Origin: Nitrospirota bacterium
Lineage (GTDB): Bacteria; Nitrospirota; UBA9217
NCBI GenBank assembly: GCA_029858565.1
Contig: JAOUEV010000007.1
Coordinates: forward strand, 44,569-108,568
Direction of reading: 5' to 3'
DNA length: 64,000 nt
Part shown: positions 58,024 to 64,000 of the stretch, in pieces
How the letters are laid out: every line of letters starts with the position of its first letter
How positions within the stretch are numbered: the stretch's first letter is position 1
Translations under genes and position numbers: made by a program
Notes under the pieces: model-generated
The model's database searches: none
The model's input: only the letters and a program-made list of their open reading frames with translations
Told to the model about the DNA's origin: nothing

Positions 58024-59307
58024 TCAGCGACTGCCGGCTGTTGGCTTTTTCTTTTTGACCGGGACCGTTGATTTCTTTGCTGCCGGCAGCCTGCTCTTCC
58101 GCACGACCGTGGGCGATGATGCTGTCTGCGGCGCTGCGAAGGCCTGCGGCGCCGGGGGCGGGGTGGCGGTGGCCTGGCTCGCCGGGGTCACGGACGGCGC
58201 GGTGACGGGAGTCGTCGCCGTGGGAGCCGACACAGCGGGCGCGGGCTTGCTCTGTTCCGGCAGGACAAGCAGCGGCTCCGCTGGGTGATTGATCATTGTC
58301 CGGTAGTAATATGCCGCTCCCGCAGACGCCACCAGGATGGCCGAAACAGCCGTAATCGCCCATTTCATCCTGCGGCCCAGGCCGGACCGGTTTCCGGTGA
58401 TGATCATGGTTTCCTGCTCGGGCGCGGCCTCGAATACGTTGCGGGACACGAGATAGTCGGCGATCCTGAGCAGGGACGCGGGTTTTGTTGTCCTGCCGGC
58501 CAGCCGTTTTCCCAGCTTCCTTTCCAGGTCCGGCATGGATGCAAAACGACGGTGCGGTTTCTTCCTGAGGCATTTCTTGATGATGCGCTGCAATGCCCGG
58601 GGGATGTCCCGGTTCACGCGGCGGGGAGAAAGAAACTCGTCCTTCACGATCTTGGCGCTCACGCCGCGGGTCTCCTCGTCGGTGAAGGGTTTGACGCCGG
58701 TGAACATCTCGTACAGGACGATGCCGAAGGAGAAGAGGTCCGAGCGGATATCGAGCGGCTGGCCCAGGATCTGCTCCGGCGACATGTAGGCCGGCGTGCC
58801 GATCAGCGTGCCGGGCATGGTCAGGGCGTCCATATGGCGGGTATGGGCGATGCCGAAGTCCATGAGCTTGACCTCGCCGTTCCGCTTGATCATGATGTTG
58901 CTCGGTTTGATGTCCCGGTGCACGAGTCCGCGCATATGCGCGTAGTCCAGGGCGTTGCAGACCTGGATCGCGATCATGATCCCCACGTCCACGGGAAGGG
59001 GGCCGGTCTTTTCGAGGATCTCGGCGAGATCGGTCCCGTCCACGTATTCCATGACGATCGCGAAGTTCGGCCGTTTCCAGAAGTCGTAGATGTGGACGAT
59101 GTTCTCGTGCTGGAGCGAGGCGGCGACCTGGCTCTCGCGCTCGAAACGCTTGATGATCTGGGCGTCGGCGTGGTAGCTCTTCTTCAGCTGTTTGATCGCC
59201 ACCAGCCGGTCAAGGGACTTCTGCCTGGCCTTGAGCACCGTGGCCATGCCGCCGGAGCCGATCTCGCCCAGGATCTCGTATTCGTCCTTGAGTTGCTGTA
59301 TCGTCAT
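58024..59307 (-). CDS. Hanks-type Ser/Thr protein kinase with one TM helix and a Pro/Ala/Lys-rich tail
   Basis: GSGGMA, AIK, HRDIKPSN, DFG, GTPAYMSPE, DLFSFG. Confidence 0.95.
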   Translation of the reverse strand: MTIQQLKDEYEILGEIGSGGMATVLKARQKSLDRLVAIKQLKKSYHADAQIIKRFERESQVAASLQHENIVHIYDFWKRPNFAIVMEYVDGTDLAEILEKTGPLPVDVGIMIAIQVCNALDYAHMRGLVHRDIKPSNIMIKRNGEVKLMDFGIAHTRHMDALTMPGTLIGTPAYMSPEQILGQPLDIRSDLFSFGIVLYEMFTGVKPFTDEETRGVSAKIVKDEFLSPRRVNRDIPRALQRIIKKCLRKKPHRRFASMPDLERKLGKRLAGRTTKPASLLRIADYLVSRNVFEAAPEQETMIITGNRSGLGRRMKWAITAVSAILVASAGAAYYYRTMINHPAEPLLVLPEQSKPAPAVSAPTATTPVTAPSVTPASQATATPPPAPQAFAAPQTASSPTVVRKSRLPAAKKSTVPVKKKKPTAGSR

Positions 59308-59313
59308 GGTTCT

Positions 59314-60075
59314 TCAGACCTCGATCACTCTTACCACCACCGCGGTGATGTTGTCCACGCCGCCGGCCCTGTTTGCAGCGTCAACGAGCATCTTCGCGGC
59401 GGTCGCCGGGGACGGCGACGCCAGGATCTTCCGTATCCCGTCATTTTCCACCATCTCGGTCAGACCGTCGGTGCAGAGCAGGTACACGTCGCCGGTTTTC
59501 ACTTCATGGCTGGAAATATCGGGAAAGCCGCTTTCGTCAAGGCCGAGCGCCCGGGTGATCACGTGGCGGTGGGCGCTGGTCCGCGCCTGCGCCGGGGTAA
59601 GCACGCCGGCCTTTACCTGCTCGGCGACCGCGGAGTGGTCCTCCGTAAGCTGTTGAAACGCGGTGTGCCGAAGGCGATAGGCCCTGCTGTCGCCGATATG
59701 GGCGATCACTGCCCGGCGGCCGGAAAAAAGGAGCGCGGTGAGCGTTGTTCCCATTCCCGCGCGGGCCGGGGTGTCCTCGGCCGCCTCGAGGATCCTGCGG
59801 TTCGCGAGCGTGACCGCGTACCTGAGCGCCGAGGCAACTGGGTCGGCGCCTGCAGCTGTTTCAGCCGGAGGCGTCCGGTCACCGCTGCCCAGCATATCGG
59901 GCACCGCTTCCCGAAGTGTTTCGACAGCAAGGTTGCTCGCAACTTCCCCGCGTGCAAGACCGCCGACCCCGTCGGCAACGGCAAAGAGACCCAGGCTGTT
60001 GTCCACGAGACAGGCGTCCTCGTTGTTGGCCCGGTTCCTGCCGCGATCGGTAGCGCCGTGGGAAAGGAGTCGCAT
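59314..60075 (-). CDS. PP2C-family Ser/Thr phosphatase (Stp1-like)
   Basis: R..NED, VADGVGG, GMGTT, HIGDSRAY, LCTDGL, GGVDNIT. Confidence 0.95.
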   Translation of the reverse strand: MRLLSHGATDRGRNRANNEDACLVDNSLGLFAVADGVGGLARGEVASNLAVETLREAVPDMLGSGDRTPPAETAAGADPVASALRYAVTLANRRILEAAEDTPARAGMGTTLTALLFSGRRAVIAHIGDSRAYRLRHTAFQQLTEDHSAVAEQVKAGVLTPAQARTSAHRHVITRALGLDESGFPDISSHEVKTGDVYLLCTDGLTEMVENDGIRKILASPSPATAAKMLVDAANRAGGVDNITAVVVRVIEV

Positions 60076-60474
60076 CTATCCGATCTCGTAGGTCCTGTTC
60101 CTGCCGGTGTCCTGCAGGATGAACTGAAGGACCGTATCGCCGACGCGGAACTTGTCCCCGTGCCGGAGCTTTCGCTGCCGGATGGAGACCCCCCGCATGT
60201 GCGTTCCGTTGGTGCTGTCCAGGTCCTTGAGCAGGAATGCGCCGTCATGATAGAGGATCACCGCGTGTTCCCGCGACGCAAGAGGGTCGCGGAGCGGGAT
60301 CGCCGCGTCCTTGTTCCTGCCGATCACGGCGTAGCTCTTGTCAATGGAATACTCCATGCCCTGGGCATAGCCCTCCAGGACGACCACCGAGGCCTGAAAG
60401 CGGCCGGGGATCTTCTTTGACGGGCCTGCGGGCTGGCGAATCTGGGTCCTGTCGCTGCCTGATGATGCAGTCAT
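60076..60474 (-). CDS. Stand-alone FHA domain protein
   Basis: IGR, SREHA, DLDSTNGT, L.HGD..RVG; ATG 60474 follows GGAGG. Confidence 0.9.
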   Translation of the reverse strand: MTASSGSDRTQIRQPAGPSKKIPGRFQASVVVLEGYAQGMEYSIDKSYAVIGRNKDAAIPLRDPLASREHAVILYHDGAFLLKDLDSTNGTHMRGVSIRQRKLRHGDKFRVGDTVLQFILQDTGRNRTYEIG

Positions 60475-60636
60475 GGATGTCCTCCGCATAGTGTGACCGG
60501 GATGAAAACCATGATAGGCCACATGTTGAAAAAGGTCAAGGTGAAACAAAAATAACGTACCCGCGCTGAGCTGATAACCGAAATATTTATTTATTCATTT
60601 GTAATTAGGTCAGACGTCAACTGCGAACGCCTTGTC

Positions 60637-60924
60637 TCGCGCGGAGGCGCGGAGGCGCAGGGAAGTCAATTGGCGGGAAATGACAATTTGTTGTTGGATG
60701 TAGCCGCTGGGTCGCCTTTCCACATCTTCTTGAACATACAGATTATGAATCCGAAAGAACTCAAAATTAGCCACACAATGCACATAACGCACAAAGCAAC
60801 GTCCTGACAAAGCAAAGATATCTTCTGTGTCTTTTGTGCCTTATGTGGCTAAAGAGACTTTATTCAAGATCATCTAAGATGTACGCTTTGATTCTCCTCT
60901 CTGCGCCTCTGTGTCTCCGCGCGA
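60637..60924. repeat. Two nested palindromic repeat elements in the divergent intergenic region
   Basis: Outer arms TCGCGCGGAGGCGCGGAGGCGCAG (60637) and CTGCGCCTCTGTGTCTCCGCGCGA (to 60924); inner arms TTAGCCACA.. (60767) and ..TGTGGCTAA (to 60852). Confidence 0.7.
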
Positions 60925-61014
60925 TAAACGGTTCTTCCTGGTCATCTGTTCCTCGATCGTGCGACCAGGATTTTCATTCCCCGCTGTCTTCAGCGATATG
61001 TTACAATGCTGTCC

Positions 61015-62349
61015 ATGAGTAAGGAAGTGAAGCGAAATACGAAGAAAGATCAGACCGAGGTGCTGTCGCCTCAGCAGTCCAGGCCGGTCATCGTGAAAAA
61101 AGCGCGGTTCCTGGTTACCACGGGCAAGGACGCGGGCAAGGAGATGGTCCTGGCCAAGTCCTTTGTCACCATCGGCACGCTGCCGGAGAGCGATCTCGTG
61201 CTGACCGATCCCACGGTGTCCCGGCGTCACGCCGAGATCGAAGAGCGGTCCGACGGATGGATGCTGCGCGACAAGGACAGCACGAACGGCACGTTCCTTG
61301 CGAACGTGCGCGTGCGCGAGGCCTATCTTGTGCCCGGCTCGGTCATCCGCCTGGGCCAGACCGAAATGACCTTTTCTCCTCTGGAAGAACGCATCGAGGT
61401 CCCGCGGAGCAGTGCCGACAAATTCGGCGGGCTCATCGGTTCGTCCGCTGCCATGCGCGAGGTGTACGGGATACTGGAACGCATCGCACCCACGGATGTG
61501 ACCGTTCTGCTCGAAGGCGAGACCGGCACGGGCAAGGAGCTTGCCGCCCGGGCGCTTCATCAGCACAGCAAGCGGGCAGCGGGACCCTTTGTCGTGTTCG
61601 ACTGCGGCGCGGTTGCGCCGAACCTGATCGAGAGCGAGCTTTTCGGCCACGAAAAGGGCGCGTTCACCGACGCTGCCAGGGCCCGGCAGGGCGCATTCGA
61701 GCTTGCTGACAAGGGCACCATCTTTCTCGATGAGATCGGCGAGCTTTCCCTGGACCTCCAGCCCAAGCTCCTGCGCGCGCTGGACCAGCGGGAGACCAAG
61801 CGGGTCGGCGGCGACAAACCCCTGCCCGTGAACGTGCGGGTCATTTCCGCGACGAACAAGGACCTGGAAAAGGAAGTGAAGGCAGGCAGGTTCCGCGAGG
61901 ACCTGTTCTACCGGCTCTCGGTCGTGCGCCTTTCCCTGCCGCCGCTGCGCAAACGGAAAGAGGACATCGAGACCCTTGCCGCGCATTTGCTCGCCGCGAT
62001 CTCGCAGGAGATCGGCAAGAAGATCAAGGGCCTTTCCCCGGACGCCCTGGCCGCGCTTGCGGCCAATTCCTGGCCCGGGAACGTGCGGGAGCTGAGGAAC
62101 GTGCTCGGCAGGGCGGCTGCCCTCTGCGACAGCGACCGGATCGAACCAAAAGACCTGTTCCTGTCCCCGGGCAGGAAGACCGCGACCCAGGAAGGCTTGA
62201 GCGGGAAGACCCTGGAAGAGATAGAGAAGGCCGCCATCCATGCCACGCTCAAGTCGGTCAACAACAACAAGACCGAAGCCGCGAAAGTGCTCGGCATCGC
62301 CTATTCCACGTTGTATGAGAAGATGAAGAAGTACGGGATGCGGGAGTAA
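61015..62349 (+). CDS. FHA-domain sigma54-dependent transcriptional activator
   Basis: FHA (VSRRHA, STNGT), [38 protein letters not shown], Fis-type HTH. Confidence 0.95.
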   Translation: MSKEVKRNTKKDQTEVLSPQQSRPVIVKKARFLVTTGKDAGKEMVLAKSFVTIGTLPESDLVLTDPTVSRRHAEIEERSDGWMLRDKDSTNGTFLANVRVREAYLVPGSVIRLGQTEMTFSPLEERIEVPRSSADKFGGLIGSSAAMREVYGILERIAPTDVTVLLEGETGTGKELAARALHQHSKRAAGPFVVFDCGAVAPNLIESELFGHEKGAFTDAARARQGAFELADKGTIFLDEIGELSLDLQPKLLRALDQRETKRVGGDKPLPVNVRVISATNKDLEKEVKAGRFREDLFYRLSVVRLSLPPLRKRKEDIETLAAHLLAAISQEIGKKIKGLSPDALAALAANSWPGNVRELRNVLGRAAALCDSDRIEPKDLFLSPGRKTATQEGLSGKTLEEIEKAAIHATLKSVNNNKTEAAKVLGIAYSTLYEKMKKYGMRE

Positions 62350-62371
62350 AGAAGTGGACTCCTATTAATAT

Positions 62372-62408
62372 CCTCTACCCTCATGGGGAGAGGACCAAGG
62401 TGAGGGGC
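62372..62408. repeat. Degenerate REP-like element
   Basis: CCTCTACCC..GGGGAGAGG..GGTGAGGGG hairpin-type motif. Confidence 0.45.
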
Positions 62409-62430
62409 GGTATTCATCGGGTGCTCTCCG

Positions 62431-62466
62431 TTGACAACTCTCGGTTATAGGTATATCATACCAATA
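62431..62466 (+). promoter_or_regulatory. sigma70 promoter with overlapping inverted-repeat operator for the TA-like pair
   Basis: TTGACA(62431)-17 nt-TATCAT(62454); TATAGGTAT-atc-ATACCAATA. Confidence 0.7.
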
Positions 62467-62467
62467 C

Positions 62468-62764
62468 ATGAAAAACGCGCACTTGGTACGTCATGTAAAA
62501 GCCGTGGATGAGCTTGGAAATATCGTCGAGATCAAGATGTGGCGCTTGCTCAAACCGTCAAAGGACAAGCCGCACGGTTATAAATATTCTTTGGTGTATA
62601 TAGTGGGCGGCAGGCGGGTGATCGGATACGACAACGCGGAAGGCAAGGGAGACCACAAACACTACGGTGCGCGTGAGTTGCCCAATTCCTTCACGACGCT
62701 CAAACGGCTGGTGCAGGACTTTGCTGGTGACATTGAGAAGTTCAAGAAAGGTGAGGCATTATGA
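62468..62764 (+). CDS. DUF6516-like putative toxin of a toxin-antitoxin pair
   Basis: PHGYKYSLVY..RVIGYDNAEGKGDHKH..L..DF; overlaps the downstream HTH gene. Confidence 0.75.
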   Translation: MKNAHLVRHVKAVDELGNIVEIKMWRLLKPSKDKPHGYKYSLVYIVGGRRVIGYDNAEGKGDHKHYGARELPNSFTTLKRLVQDFAGDIEKFKKGEAL

Positions 62765-63126
62765 AGGTCAAAAAGATCAAAGTGGGCATCAAGGACCTGA
62801 AATCCGTTCTCGATGATTATGTGAAGACGGGCGAGGCGCTCGATCGGGGCGGGATCGTTGCGGAGGAGAAGGGAACATACTTTACGAGCTTCGAGGCGTT
62901 CAGAAAGGCCCTGACGCCGAAGCGGCTCGAACTGCTGCACATCATCAAGGCGAGGAAGCCGTCCTCCATCAACGAACTGGCGCGGTTTGCAAAGAGGGAC
63001 GTGAAGAATATCGCCGATGACGTGAAGTATCTGGAGCAGATCGGTTTGATTCAAAAGAAAGAAACCGCGAGCAAAACAGCGCCGGTAATAACCTACGACA
63101 AGATTGCGCTGGAGATAGCGGTGTAA
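62761..63126 (+). CDS. HTH DNA-binding protein (HVO_A0114-like), putative antitoxin
   Basis: F.SFE..LTPKRLELL..PSSINELAR..KRDVKN..DV..L...GLI. Confidence 0.78.
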   Translation: MKVKKIKVGIKDLKSVLDDYVKTGEALDRGGIVAEEKGTYFTSFEAFRKALTPKRLELLHIIKARKPSSINELARFAKRDVKNIADDVKYLEQIGLIQKKETASKTAPVITYDKIALEIAV

Positions 63127-63227
63127 GCCGATTGGCTGGGCAAACATCCGCCTTATCCAGCAGCTTTGCGGCATGGTTGCGCTGGGATTTCGTGAGGTAC
63201 TTTTCCTGCAGACCTCTAACATAGAAA

Positions 63228-63683
63228 ATGAAAAAGACCGGTCCAAGCCTGGAAGAACTGATCGCACCTTGCGGGATGAATTGCGCAATTTGCAGCCGGT
63301 ATCTTTCCCGTGTCAATAATCTAAAACGGAGTCAATGCAGCGGTTGTCGGCCGGAAAACAAGAACTGTTCATATTTATTCGGAAAGTGTTCGGGAATAAA
63401 CAGTTCACGTAAAGGCAATGCAAGCGCCGCATTTTGTTTTACCTGTGACCAGTATCCATGCAAACAGATCAATCGGATGGATGCCAGGTATAGAAGCAAT
63501 TATGGAATGAGCGTGAAGGACAATCTGGAACGTATCGCCAAGATAGGCGCCGGGAAATTCTCACAGGAACAATACGAGAAATAGCGGTGCTCCCAATGCG
63601 GCGGTTTGATCTCTATTCATAATGGAAAGTGCTTTACCTGCGACAGGGTAACGAGGTTGATAGAAAAGCGCAGCAAAAAATAG
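63228..63683 (+). pseudogene. DUF3795-like Cys-rich protein interrupted by an in-frame TAG at 63582-84
   Basis: APCGMNCAIC, CSGC, CFTCDQYPC; after the TAG the frame continues RCSQCGGLISIHNGKCFTC..* to 63683. Confidence 0.7.
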
Positions 63684-64000
63684 TAGCTGGATACGGCTGC
63701 GCTGTCTGACAATAGCATCAGCACGGACCGGGATGAGTTCGAAACAAGGTCGCGCCGGTGTGGTGCTGACTTCCTGTAACGTGTGCCGGAATAAGGCTGA
63801 TCGTATAAAGGTTGCATACGGCATTTGTTGTCATGCAAACATAAGGTCAGTAAAGAGAATCAGTGAAGATAATTCTAGGGTTTAGAGTTTCGTGTTCTTT
63901 GTCATGAAGAAAAAACGCTTCGTTTTGACGAAAATGCTTGACAGGACGAGGTGGTTCGGGCAGCCGCACTTTCAAAGCGGAAGTTAGGCTTTGAAAGTGC

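Noticed and set aside
58285-60420. 711-aa plus-strand ORF
   Set aside because: Antisense to the well-supported kinase, PP2C and FHA genes.
60637-60924. CRISPR array or IS ends
   Set aside because: Repeats are inverted and built of short units, not regularly spaced direct repeats; no cas or transposase genes in the window.

Overview
A 64-kb, GC-rich chromosomal window from an anaerobic Gram-negative bacterium. Gene content suggests Nitrospirota or Desulfobacterota; this is inference only. From 5' to 3' it holds: housekeeping genes (yaeQ, TauE/SafE, a methyltransferase, truC); a small secreted Cys/His ORF ending in ERPP; a ~1740-aa secreted cytochrome c with 19 heme motifs fused to unknown repeats and a beta-helix; hybrid histidine kinases and diguanylate cyclases, two with periplasmic c-type heme sensors, plus one internally deleted GAF-GGDEF pseudogene; an operon of NuoE/NuoF/NuoF-C-terminal-ferredoxin/NuoG-like subunits with a Ni-CODH (cooS), a candidate electron-bifurcating CO dehydrogenase; a small MerR-type HTH gene with pilMNOPQ and two lipoproteins; dnaJ-hspR-clpB; a gluconeogenesis cluster (two-subunit biotin carboxylase with an inserted carbonic anhydrase, GTP-PEPCK, an unknown tandem kinase/pseudokinase-like protein, FBP aldolase/phosphatase); an acyl-CoA ligase, a binding protein with a kinase, NosL-family and rdgB genes; an FHA-PP2C-Ser/Thr kinase operon divergent from an FHA-sigma54 activator; a TA-like pair; and a DUF3795-like gene interrupted by an amber codon. 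I found no rRNA, tRNA, CRISPR array or transposase. All calls rest on motif recognition by eye, not database searches.
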